A stretch of DNA of 64,000 bases from an uncultured Planctomycetales bacterium (GTDB lineage: Bacteria; Planctomycetota; Phycisphaerae; UBA1845; PWPN01). This document shows, one piece after another, positions 1 through 9,416 of the stretch. The stretch is taken from assembly GCA_964511155.1 (NCBI GenBank), contig CAZEEJ010000004.1:1160-65159 (forward strand). Reading direction: 5' to 3'. A model generated the notes under the pieces. The model did no database searches. It saw only the letters and a list, made by a program, of their open reading frames with translations, and had not been told where the DNA came from. Each line of letters starts with the position of its first letter. Position 1 is the first letter of the stretch. Position numbers and translations under genes: made by a program.

Positions 1-740
1 CCACTCCAGGCAATCTGCAGGTTCATCCAGGAAGGCATGCGGCCTTCGCCGACCTCGACGAGGAAGCGAGACCAGTCGCCAACCATGCTGATTTCCTTGT
101 TGGGCAGGAGCGAGTGCCCGCCGGGCGGATAGTTCAGCGGGTAGATGTCGAGGGTGAGCATGTCGGCACAGGCGTTGTACGGGCGCAGGTCCTCGATCGT
201 ACCCCGCGGGGCGTGCGTCTGGATCACGGGATGGCGACGGTCGATCTCGCGGATGACGTGGTAACCGCGGACCAGATCCTCGGCCGGGTGGCCGTTCCAG
301 AAGGCTTCATCGTAGTTCTTCCACGCCAGCAGGCCGGGGTGGTCCTTGAAACGGGTGATAAGGCTGCGGAGCAGGGCCTCCTTCTCGGCTTCGTCGGGCT
401 TGAGGCTGGAGGTTTTCCACAGGTTGATCCAGCAGTAGAGGCCGTGTGCGGCGGCGGCGTCCAGCCAGCGCTGCTGCTCGGCGATGACTGGCTCGGTCCA
501 ACCCTCGTTCGTGGCCCCGGTGCGCAGGAAATGCGTCCCCGCCGCGCGCAGCTCGTCGAAGGCGTGCTTGCCGTCGGGCGTGCGGCCGTCATAGGGCGGG
601 CCGTTACTGAAACCGATGGGGAAGACCTTCCGTCCGTCGATGAGCAGCACGCCGTCCGCGTTCACCTCCACGTGCGTGCCCGCAGCAAGCGCTGTCCCGG
701 CCGCCAGCATCAACCCGGCCGCCAGCACCGCGAGATACAT
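1..740 (-). CDS. Secreted TIM-barrel glycoside-hydrolase-like protein; N-terminal part only, since the gene runs off the window start
   Basis: Absent from the ORF track because it has no stop in the window. My minus-strand translation from the ATG at 740-738 gives MYLAVLAAGLMLAAGTALAAG (signal peptide) then FPIGFSNGPPY...HPGLLAWKNYDEAFW. This is paralogous to the C-terminal domain of the next gene (FPLGMFNN...HPGLLAWDEEEG). The listed + ORF 114..893 is its antisense shadow. Confidence 0.7.
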   Translation of the reverse strand, partial: MYLAVLAAGLMLAAGTALAAGTHVEVNADGVLLIDGRKVFPIGFSNGPPYDGRTPDGKHAFDELRAAGTHFLRTGATNEGWTEPVIAEQQRWLDAAAAHGLYCWINLWKTSSLKPDEAEKEALLRSLITRFKDHPGLLAWKNYDEAFWNGHPAEDLVRGYHVIREIDRRHPVIQTHAPRGTIEDLRPYNACADMLTLDIYPLNYPPGGHSLLPNKEISMVGDWSRFLVEVGEGRMPSWMNLQIAWS

Positions 741-768
741 CGTATGTGTCCCGCCTCGCAAGCACCGC

Positions 769-812
769 TCTCTCACTTCTCACCTCTCACTTCTAACTTC
801 TCAACCTCTGTC
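769..812. repeat. Solo pyrimidine arm of repeat family A (CTCACTTCTCAC-type)
   Basis: tctctcacttctcacctctcacttctaacttctcaacc matches the right arms of the full family-A elements at 6879..7058 and 19636..19819. Confidence 0.6.
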
Positions 813-825
813 AACTGTGTGCCGT

Positions 826-928
826 ATTCATCGGCGTTCATCGGCGTCTATCGGCGGTTCGTCACCTCCTCGATCCCCAGAATGAGAGGATAACGAACCG
901 CCGATGCACGCCGATGAACGCCGATAAG
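826..928. repeat. Palindromic element: three TCATCGGCG-type 10-mers, a 32-nt spacer, then the inverted copy
   Basis: The left arm 826..861 (attcatcggcgttcatcggcgtctatcggcggttcg) is the approximate reverse complement of 894..928 (cgaaccgccgatgcacgccgatgaacgccgataag), with about 4 mismatches by hand. It lies between two minus-strand GH paralogues. Confidence 0.7.
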
Positions 929-996
929 AGAGGAACAGGAGGAGAAGGAAGATCTGACGGAGGAAGCCAAGATCGCTTCCTCCGTTTCCTCCCTGT

Positions 997-3282
997 TCAA
1001 CCACCATCCAGTTCATACACATGCACCGCCAGCGGCTCGAAGCGGTCGCGCAGTCTTCCGCCGGCCGCCCGCACCGTTCGGTCTTCGCCGAAGACCGTGA
1101 CCGCCGCATCGCACAGGCCGGGCACGACCAGTTCGGTATCGGCCGCAGCATAGCTACTGTTGGCGGCGAACAGCAGACGCCGTCCGCCGCCGCGCTTGAT
1201 CGCCGCCGCCACGGGCGATCCCGCCGGCAGCACCTCCGGCGGTGGGTCGCCGTCGCCCATCAGCACCGCCGACATCGCCGCCAACTCGCCGACCACGCGC
1301 TTGAGATCCTCCCAGTGCCCTTCCGCAGGAGCCAGGAACAACCCGCCGGTCACCGAGCCGCCATACCACATCAGTCCCTTCGCTCCGTGGATCACCGCCA
1401 GATACGCCTGCACGCGGTACTCCTGCGGGGTCGGGTAACGGCCCGTGGGGCCGGGTTTCTTGTAGGCCTGCAAGCCCACCCACAGCGGCTGACTGATCCG
1501 CGCCTGCGTCAGGAACGTGGGAGATTCGAGGATCATGCCGCTGCCGCCCTGCTCGCCCTGCAAGTCGTCGCCCGGGCCGGCCCGCAACGGGAAAGGGTAC
1601 CACCACCACATGCCCAGATCCATGAACTCGGCAGGGAAGAACCGGCTGCGGTCGGTCACCCGTGTGATCAGGTCGCGGGCGTCGCCGACCATGAAGGGAT
1701 GATGTGGGTCCTCCTCCCGCAGGATCGCGCGGATCCTGGCCAGCGTCTCGGGCTTCATGTCCCCGCGGGCCAGCCCCTCCTCTTCGTCCCAGGCCAGCAG
1801 CCCGGGGTGATTGCGGAACATGCGGATACGCCGCGTGAACGCCTCCCATTCGCCGCTGTTGGCGAAGGCCATCGGCACGAGCAGCAGACAGCGCATGCCG
1901 GCCTGATGCGTGCGATCCAGCACGTCCTTGAGCCGTTGATCATCGGGCCGACGGCCGGGGAATACACGCGAAGCGTTATAGACGTGCACGACGTTGAACC
2001 CCGCCGCCGCCGACTCCTCCATCCGCCCCGCGTTGTTGAACATGCCCAACGGAAAGGTCGCTTGCCCGTCGACCTCGGGGAAGCCGCCCGCATTCAGGGT
2101 GACCTTCGCCTGCCGCCGAGGAATCACTGCCCAGGTCTGCTCCACGGTGATCGGTGGCCGCCCCTCGCGACGAACCTCCGCAACCAGCCGGTACTCGCCC
2201 GCCGTCGCATCCGGCAGGTGCATCACAAAGGGGACGAGGCCGGCGGCGGTCACCGCGTCGCCGCTCGGCCGCCACGCCGCCCGCTCGCCGCCCTGCTGAT
2301 CCAGCAACCGCACCAGCACCTCGCTACCTTGACGATCCGCCTCATCCAGGGCAAGCTCCAACTCGCCCGCCAATCGCGGCGGCCCGTCCTCAATCACCCA
2401 GTGCGTCGGAATCGGCGGCAGCAGATCGAGGGCCGGCGGTACCATGACGCGGACCGGGCCCGACGAGAAGACCTGCTGCCCCGCATCATCGACCAGGCGG
2501 ATCTCCACAACGACCCGGCCGCGCGTCTTGACCGCAGCGGGAACCGCCGCTTGCTGGATCGGCCGGCCGTCCAGCGGGAGCGCGTGCGTGTGTGACTGCC
2601 CACCCACGTCAACCCGCACGGTGACGGGCCGCTGCCGTTCTTCGCGGTTGAGGATCACGATGGGCAATCGCGATGCGGGATAGAGGCGATCATCCTGCAT
2701 GTCCAAGCGGGCCGACACCGGCACCCGCGCATGCACAAAGGCGTCATCCCACCAGACCGTGCCCATGCAGTAGGAAAAGCCCATCCGCAGCCGCAGATGG
2801 CTCGCCCCGGCAGGCACCTGCACCGCTCCCCGGACAAGCTGCCAGCCCTCGCGGGCCTCCGCCACGCCGACCTTCTTGATATCCTCCGCCCGACCCGCGC
2901 CGCTGTCGAACTCGGCGATGACGATGACCGTGCCCTTGTCGGGCGGAACGTCGTGCAGCCGCACCCAAGCCCCGGCCTCAAGGGTCTCGCCCGCCGCGAC
3001 CGGGATCGGCCCGCTGCGAATGTAGGCCCGGGCGATCTCGGAAGTCGTGATCCGCAGACTCGACCTGCCGTCTCGCAACACGGCCTCATCCATGCCGAAC
3101 TGGGCCGGCGCACCGATCACCACTGTGTCCCACCCGGCCGGCAGCCCTTCCCCGCCCGCCTGCTCGAATCCCGGGTTCGCCAGCAGGTTGATCGCCGACG
3201 CGACCGCGGCATCAGCCGGAATCGTCTGACTGCTCAAGCTGAGCCATATCAGAGGAACAACGACCGCACAGACTCGAATCAT
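997..3282 (-). CDS. Secreted carbohydrate-active enzyme: N-terminal CBM4/9-like module plus C-terminal TIM-barrel glycoside-hydrolase-like domain
   Basis: ORF 997..3489 trimmed to the ATG at 3282, where a signal peptide starts (MIRVCAVVVPLIWLSLSSQTIPADAAVA). NLLANPGFEQ...GWD resembles CBM4/9-type modules. The C-terminal half is paralogous to the gene at 1..740. The GH family cannot be assigned by eye. Confidence 0.75.
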   Translation of the reverse strand: MIRVCAVVVPLIWLSLSSQTIPADAAVASAINLLANPGFEQAGGEGLPAGWDTVVIGAPAQFGMDEAVLRDGRSSLRITTSEIARAYIRSGPIPVAAGETLEAGAWVRLHDVPPDKGTVIVIAEFDSGAGRAEDIKKVGVAEAREGWQLVRGAVQVPAGASHLRLRMGFSYCMGTVWWDDAFVHARVPVSARLDMQDDRLYPASRLPIVILNREERQRPVTVRVDVGGQSHTHALPLDGRPIQQAAVPAAVKTRGRVVVEIRLVDDAGQQVFSSGPVRVMVPPALDLLPPIPTHWVIEDGPPRLAGELELALDEADRQGSEVLVRLLDQQGGERAAWRPSGDAVTAAGLVPFVMHLPDATAGEYRLVAEVRREGRPPITVEQTWAVIPRRQAKVTLNAGGFPEVDGQATFPLGMFNNAGRMEESAAAGFNVVHVYNASRVFPGRRPDDQRLKDVLDRTHQAGMRCLLLVPMAFANSGEWEAFTRRIRMFRNHPGLLAWDEEEGLARGDMKPETLARIRAILREEDPHHPFMVGDARDLITRVTDRSRFFPAEFMDLGMWWWYPFPLRAGPGDDLQGEQGGSGMILESPTFLTQARISQPLWVGLQAYKKPGPTGRYPTPQEYRVQAYLAVIHGAKGLMWYGGSVTGGLFLAPAEGHWEDLKRVVGELAAMSAVLMGDGDPPPEVLPAGSPVAAAIKRGGGRRLLFAANSSYAAADTELVVPGLCDAAVTVFGEDRTVRAAGGRLRDRFEPLAVHVYELDGG

Positions 3283-3589
3283 GGGTGGTGCAGAGTTGTC
3301 TGAGGTGGGCACGCAGTTGCTCCCGATTCCGGTCGCGGGCGGCCAGGGCTCGGCGGCGACGCTCCTCGGCTTCCGGACCTCGCGGCGCCATTGCGCGGAC
3401 CGTATCCAGCAGGTCACACAATGCTTCCATCCGTTCCGTGGGCGTACGGGCCTGGTTGAGCAGGATCTGCTCGCGAACGCTCCTCGCAAAAGCGTCGGCT
3501 TGAACGGCCATACGCCAATATGCTATCAGGTCCACGTCCGCCCGTCCAACCTGCCACGTCTCTTCCGCTTGCCGCTTGCGGCGGCGCAC
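3212..3589 (-). CDS. Hypothetical small protein; start uncertain (GTG at 3589 or ATG at 3511)
   Basis: 125-aa ORF with a non-degenerate composition (…LIAYWRMAVQADAFARSVREQILLNQARTPTERMEALCDLLDTVRAM…). I see no convincing RBS. The 3' end overlaps the start of the GH gene by 71 nt in another frame. It could be real or a chance ORF in the GH leader. Confidence 0.3.
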   Translation of the reverse strand: MRRRKRQAEETWQVGRADVDLIAYWRMAVQADAFARSVREQILLNQARTPTERMEALCDLLDTVRAMAPRGPEAEERRRRALAARDRNREQLRAHLRQLCTTHDSSLCGRCSSDMAQLEQSDDSG

Positions 3590-3686
3590 CTCGCGAACAC
3601 GATCGCCGATACCCCTTAAATACTTCTATCACGGACGATACCGGTTGACGCGCCGCCCCATCCACGTTAGCCTGCAACCGACAGTC

Positions 3687-3870
3687 GGGTGGCCCATCCT
3701 TGCGCAGCAAGGGTGGGCTCGCGATGATCGAAGGCGTGACGGGTGGCATGGGTCGGTACTCCGACCCGTGGTTGCCCCGCGAGAGGTCACGGGCCTGAGT
3801 ACAGGCCCATGCCACCCATCCGCATCATCGTGAGCCCACCCATCGCGTTGCGATGGATGGACCACCCGCC
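3687..3870. repeat. Repeat family F, full copy 1: nested-palindrome element, MITE-like or a structured RNA
   Basis: Left arm gggtggcccatccttgcgcagcaagggtgggctcgcgatgatcg (3687..3730). Inverted right arm catcatcgtgagcccacccatcgcgttgcgatggatggaccacccgcc (3823..3870). The interior holds a further inverted pair, gggtggcatggg / cccatgccaccc. The same architecture occurs at 21074..21210 and 61686..61823. Confidence 0.75.
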
Positions 3871-3914
3871 CGACCACCGCCGGCCAGCCCGGCTCAACAG
3901 AAAGGACCAACGCC

Positions 3915-5963
3915 ATGCTTTCACAGTACCCGACTCGTAAGCTCCGGGCTTTTCTTGCCGCTTGGTTCGTGATCGCTGCGGTATCGAGCGCCGGCCCGGC
4001 CTGGGCCGCCGACCTCAAACCCCCGGCAGCGTCCGCGGGCGTTGCCCTGGACGGCAAGACCGCGTTCGCCGTACCCGCCGACGCGCTCAAGCTCAACCCC
4101 GAGGCCCTCTCCGTCGCCGCCTGGGTCCAGGTCCGGAATCCATCCGCGGCCCAGGTCTTCCTCAACTGCGGCCAAGCCGGCTCCGTCTTCACCTTCTACC
4201 TCTACAACAACAACGTCCGCATGTTGGTCGCCCCTGAAAGCGGGCCGTACCGCTATGCCCTCGCGCCGCCGCCCGCGCCCGACACCTGGACCCACTACGC
4301 CGGCACCTACGACGGCAAGGCCATCCGCGTGTACATGAACGGCGAGTTGAAGGCCACCACCGAAGCCCCCGGCAGGATGCAGAAACCTGCCGGCCGGATC
4401 TTCATCGGTTCGATCGACGAACACGAACGGTTGCTCGACGGCCGGCTTGAGGACGTGCGCATCTGGCGGCGAGTACTCAGTGATGGCGACGTCGCCGCGC
4501 TGGCCGCTGATCGCCCCGTCGCCGACTTGGCCCTTGACCTGGCCGCCTCGTGGAACGGTCGCGGGCTCACCGCCGACGGCTGGAAGTGCGCCGTCCCCGA
4601 CTCGCTCGTCGCCGCCCGCGTTGACTCCCAGCCCGCCGAGATCCTCATCAACGCAAAGGACGAGGGCTACCGCGGCATCTGGTACATGAACCAGCCGTCC
4701 GGCGACGAATACGTCTACAAATACAGCGGCGGCCTGGGGACCTACTGCGCCAACCACATCCCCCACGCCTGGTACGCCAAAGAGGTCAACAAGACCTTCT
4801 TCACCTACGGCGGCACCACCACCGACTCCAACACCCGGCTCATCCACATGGTGTCGTACTACGACCACCAGACCGGCATGGTCCCGCGACCGACCATCCT
4901 GCTCGACAAGCAGACCAGTGACGCCCACGACAACCCGGTGATCAACCTCGACGACAAGGGCACCATCTGGATCTTCTCCAGCAGCCACGGCACCGGCCGG
5001 CCGTCGTACATCTCTCGCAGCAAGAAGCCCTACGCCATCGACGAGTTCGAGCTGGTCTGGACCGGCAACTTCTCCTACCCGCAGCCGTGGTACATCCCCG
5101 GCCACGGCTTCCTCTTCATGCACACGCACTACACCGGCGGGCGAACCAACTCCATGATGACCAGTCCGGACGGCGCCAACTGGACGGAGCGCGTCTTCCT
5201 CTCGCGGATCGACCAGGGCCATTACCAGATCAGCAGCCCCTGGCAAAACAAGAAGGTCGGCACGGCCTTCAACTACCACCCCCGCGGCCTGGGCCTCAAC
5301 TACCGCACCAACCTCTACTACATGGAAACCCACGACTTCGGCAAGACCTGGCAGAACGTCCGCGGCGAGCCGCTCGAGATCATGCTCACCGAGGTGCAGA
5401 ACCCCGCCTTAGTCCACGATTACGAGAGTGAGGGTCTCAAGGTCTACACCCAGGACATCACCTACGACGCCCAGGGCCGCCCGATCATCATGTACGTCAC
5501 CACCAAGGGCTACGAACCCGGGCCGGCCAACGCCCCGCGCACCTGGACCGTCGCCCGCTGGACCGGGTCCGAATGGGAGATCCACGGCGGCGACATCGTC
5601 TCCGACAACGCCTACGACTTCGGATCACTGTACATTGAGTCTGAGAACTTGTGGCGGGTCATCGGCCCCACCGAGGTCGGGCCGCAGCCTTACAACCCCG
5701 GCGGCGAGATTGCCATGTGGACCAGCCGCGACCAGGGCCGCTCCTGGCAGAAGATCCGTCAGATGACCGCCGACAGCCCCTACAACCACACCTTCGTCCG
5801 CCGACCGGTCAACGCCCACCCGGACTTCTACGGCTTCTGGGCCGACGGCCACGGCCGCCAACCCTCCGACTCGCGGCTTTACTTCTGCAACCAGGCCGGC
5901 GACGTCTTCCGCCTCCCCGTCAAGATGGACGCCGACTTCGTCAAACCGCAACGGGCGAACTGA
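3915..5963 (+). CDS. Secreted LamG (concanavalin-A-like lectin) domain plus BNR_4-like beta-propeller protein
   Basis: 682 aa. Signal peptide (AAWFVIAAVSSAGPAWA). LamG-like segment (ALSVAAWV...IRVYMNGEL...GRLEDVRIWRRVLS). The C-terminal region with DAHDNPVINLDDKGTIWIFSSSHG resembles my recollection of the BNR_4 family. Confidence 0.8.
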   Translation: MLSQYPTRKLRAFLAAWFVIAAVSSAGPAWAADLKPPAASAGVALDGKTAFAVPADALKLNPEALSVAAWVQVRNPSAAQVFLNCGQAGSVFTFYLYNNNVRMLVAPESGPYRYALAPPPAPDTWTHYAGTYDGKAIRVYMNGELKATTEAPGRMQKPAGRIFIGSIDEHERLLDGRLEDVRIWRRVLSDGDVAALAADRPVADLALDLAASWNGRGLTADGWKCAVPDSLVAARVDSQPAEILINAKDEGYRGIWYMNQPSGDEYVYKYSGGLGTYCANHIPHAWYAKEVNKTFFTYGGTTTDSNTRLIHMVSYYDHQTGMVPRPTILLDKQTSDAHDNPVINLDDKGTIWIFSSSHGTGRPSYISRSKKPYAIDEFELVWTGNFSYPQPWYIPGHGFLFMHTHYTGGRTNSMMTSPDGANWTERVFLSRIDQGHYQISSPWQNKKVGTAFNYHPRGLGLNYRTNLYYMETHDFGKTWQNVRGEPLEIMLTEVQNPALVHDYESEGLKVYTQDITYDAQGRPIIMYVTTKGYEPGPANAPRTWTVARWTGSEWEIHGGDIVSDNAYDFGSLYIESENLWRVIGPTEVGPQPYNPGGEIAMWTSRDQGRSWQKIRQMTADSPYNHTFVRRPVNAHPDFYGFWADGHGRQPSDSRLYFCNQAGDVFRLPVKMDADFVKPQRAN

Positions 5964-5982
5964 CCATCAACAAAGCGGATCT

Positions 5983-6003
5983 GCCTCCCGCCATCCGGGA
6001 GGC
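5983..6003 (+). terminator. Hairpin 20 nt after the LamG/BNR gene stop
   Basis: gcctcccg-ccatc-cgggaggc: perfect 8-bp GC-rich stem followed by ttcatc, a weak T tract. Confidence 0.4.
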
Positions 6004-6076
6004 TTCATCAATGAGAGCGGCATGCAACGATCCGCGCGGTTGCATTCGATCTTCCATAGCCACCTGATCGGCGATC

Positions 6077-6637
6077 TCAGCTCGGCGAGACGTTGCTTCG
6101 AAGCTGTTCGACCAGTTCGAGCGTACCATGCTGACCGCACCAGCGCTGGATGTAAGCCCAGTCAAGAGTGGCCCCCTGCACGGCCAGCACATTCCTGACA
6201 TCGTCCACGTCTTTATGCCGTTTGCCTCGTTGCGACCAGCATAGCTTGGTCACCACCACGTCCTCGGCCGAGGGCAGCCAGACCCGGTGACCCAGCATGT
6301 TAACCTCCCGCCGTCGAGAAAAGCGTTCCCGGTCGTACGGGTCGTCACTGATGAGGAAGAACTCGACCTTGAAGCCGGTGTCCCGCGCGGTGGCCACGTA
6401 ACACGAGGTACCCATGATCGTCTTGAACGACATCTGTGGGTCAAACTGGATCTCGGGCTGAAGGCCGGCAATCAGGGCGGACGGGCCTTGGCCGCCAAAC
6501 TCAACCACGAAATCCGCATCCAGGCTTAACCGCGCAATGCCGTAGAAGCTGCTGGAGAAGGAACCGACCAGCATGTAGGGCAGTTTCAGCGCGTTGAGCG
6601 CGTCTACCACCTTGACGACAAAGTCTTCGGCTGTCAC
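6077..6637 (-). CDS. Minimal nucleotidyltransferase-fold (MNT-like) protein
   Basis: 186 aa. The G-S-x(n)-D-x-D pattern (LVGSFSSSFYGIARLSLDADFVVEF) is typical of the pol-beta superfamily of minimal NTases. Its start overlaps the stop of the upstream small gene by 4 nt. Confidence 0.65.
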   Translation of the reverse strand: MTAEDFVVKVVDALNALKLPYMLVGSFSSSFYGIARLSLDADFVVEFGGQGPSALIAGLQPEIQFDPQMSFKTIMGTSCYVATARDTGFKVEFFLISDDPYDRERFSRRREVNMLGHRVWLPSAEDVVVTKLCWSQRGKRHKDVDDVRNVLAVQGATLDWAYIQRWCGQHGTLELVEQLRSNVSPS

Positions 6638-6864
6638 GAGCGCTGCTCCAATTCACGAGCCAGCCGCAGCCGATCACGAATCACGCCCAGCACTTCTTCT
6701 TCGCTGAGCTCCGGAGACTGGGCCCGGATACCATCCGCCATCACGCGACAGGAGAGATCGAAGAGCCGAGCGGGAGCAATCAGCTTCTGCTCGGCTGGCA
6801 TTCGCCGGGCTCCTTCTACCTCCTCCTGGTAAAGCCGGTCGATGAGCGCCTGTGTAGGTTTCAT
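6634..6864 (-). CDS. Small helical partner protein of the NTase; putative antitoxin or adaptor
   Basis: ORF 6634..6891 trimmed to the ATG at 6864 (MKPTQALIDRLYQEEVEGARRMPAEQKL…EEEVLGVIRDRLRLARELEQRS). It is translationally coupled (ATGA-type overlap) to the NTase gene. Confidence 0.55.
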   Translation of the reverse strand: MKPTQALIDRLYQEEVEGARRMPAEQKLIAPARLFDLSCRVMADGIRAQSPELSEEEVLGVIRDRLRLARELEQRS

Positions 6865-6878
6865 CGGGCACCAAGTTT

Positions 6879-7058
6879 CCCCCAGTTGCACTCAGCAGCA
6901 TGGAGGAATAGAGAATGAGAAATGGAGAACTGAGAAAAGGCTGGCTTGGCAGGTGCCCTCCACCCCACCGTCGGTGACGTTGAGCAGCACCTGCCCAAAA
7001 CGCGGTTTCTCACCTCTCACTTCTCACTTCCCCAGCGTTGCGGAATGCAACGCTGGGG
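6879..7058. repeat. Repeat family A, full copy 1 (about 180 bp). The terminal hairpin 7030..7058 sits 33 nt downstream of the gap stop
   Basis: Left end cccccagttgca, then a purine arm ggaatagagaatgagaaatggagaactgagaaa, a spacer, a pyrimidine arm tttctcacctctcacttctcac, and a perfect hairpin ccccagcgttgc-ggaat-gcaacgctgggg. The layout matches 19636..19819. Confidence 0.75.
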
Positions 7059-7090
7059 TTCACAGAGGATGCTGTGCCAGCAGCGTACTG

Positions 7091-8155
<1,065 letters not shown>

Positions 8156-8262
8156 TCACCCACAGCCGGGCGACCGGAAGGATTCAGCCGGGGCGCCGGG
8201 GGTTGAACAACCTGCAGGATAAGGCCTCGTGGCGGAGCGGTCAAGGCCGTCTTAACCCCCGA

Positions 8263-8421
8263 GTCGCCAACGGGTCCGTGACAGAATCGGCGGGGTGCCG
8301 ATTCCCTGAGGACCGAGTCAACTTGTTGATGGACGTGCCCACGCGTAGGTGACGAACAGCAACAAGTTGCCTTGGTCCTGGCAACGGCCCCCGCCGATTC
8401 TGTCACAGACCCGTCGCCAAC
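8263..8421. repeat. Repeat family G, copy 1: about 160-bp nested palindrome
   Basis: Outer arms gtcgccaacgggtccgtgacagaatcggcgggg (8263..8295) and ccccgccgattctgtcacagacccgtcgccaac (8389..8421). Inner inverted pair ggaccgagtcaacttgtt / aacaagttgccttggtcc. It lies between the SPFH gene stop and the gap start. A related copy is at 30064..30170. Confidence 0.75.
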
Positions 8422-8435
8422 CGAGGCCGCTGCGA

Positions 8436-9410
8436 TCATCGGTCGTCAGCGGCGGGCGCCGCGCGGGAATTCTCCGCGTTCGCCAAGGCCGTTAGACCGC
8501 CCAAGGCTCCCAGGTTCATACTGTCTACGGCCGTGCTGGGAACCACGATGATCGCCCCCTTCTTCTTGAGGCCCTCGTACAGCATGTTCATCGCCCGCAG
8601 GTGGACGGCCACGGGGTTGTTCTGGTAGGGCCCGGCAGCCTCGACGAACTTGGCGGCGATCTCCGTCTCGGCCGTGCCGAGGATGATCCGCGCCTGCCGT
8701 TCCCGCTCGGCCTGGGCCTGCTTGCTCATGGCATCCTCCAGTGCCGTCGGGATGGTGATGTCTCGGATCTCGACCGACTGCACGGTGATACCCCAACCAT
8801 TCGTCTTGGCGTCCAGGGCCTCCTGGAGCGCCTTCCCCAGACGATCGCGTTCAGTCAGCATCTCCGCCAGCGTATGCCGACCGATCGAGTCGCGAAGGGC
8901 GGTCTGGGCCGAAAGGGCAATGGCCCGGTAGTAGCTCTCCACCTCCAGCACCGCCTTGCGAGCATCCCAAACCAGCCAGAAACAAATCGCGTTGACGTCG
9001 ACCGGCACGGTATCCCGCGTGAGCGTGCGCTCAGCATCGAAATCGGTTGCACGCACGCGCATGTCAACGTAACGGGCGATGCGGTCGATGATGGGCACGA
9101 GCCAGAAGACCCCCGGACCGGCCAGACGACTGAACCGCCCCAGCCGCAGGACCACCGCCCGGTCCCACTGCAGGGTGATCCGCAGAGAGAGCAGAGCGCC
9201 GGCCGCTACCAGCAGGGCCGACAGGCTGACCAGCCACGGATGGGCCACGCGAATGATGGGCTGCTGGGCATCCCCGATGGACGGGTAAGGCAGCAGGGCC
9301 ACCACGACGGCCATCGCGGCGATGACGGCGTTCACCACGAAGGTTGCCGCCCGCTGCTTCTGCCGCTGTAAATGCTCGTTCTCCAGCTTCATCTCGGGGT
9401 TTTGTGCCAT
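8436..9410 (-). CDS. SPFH/band-7 (stomatin/HflKC-like) membrane protein
   Basis: 324 aa. N-terminal TM segments, then the SPFH core (VVLRLGRF…VQSVEIRDITIP…AMSKQAQAERERQARII). Confidence 0.9.
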   Translation of the reverse strand: MAQNPEMKLENEHLQRQKQRAATFVVNAVIAAMAVVVALLPYPSIGDAQQPIIRVAHPWLVSLSALLVAAGALLSLRITLQWDRAVVLRLGRFSRLAGPGVFWLVPIIDRIARYVDMRVRATDFDAERTLTRDTVPVDVNAICFWLVWDARKAVLEVESYYRAIALSAQTALRDSIGRHTLAEMLTERDRLGKALQEALDAKTNGWGITVQSVEIRDITIPTALEDAMSKQAQAERERQARIILGTAETEIAAKFVEAAGPYQNNPVAVHLRAMNMLYEGLKKKGAIIVVPSTAVDSMNLGALGGLTALANAENSRAAPAADDR

Positions 9411-9416
9411 GATGTG

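Noticed and set aside
114-893. 259-aa plus-strand ORF at the window start
   Set aside because: The opposite strand encodes a protein with a signal peptide and clear paralogy to the neighbouring GH-like gene. The + ORF is its antisense shadow extended into repeat DNA.
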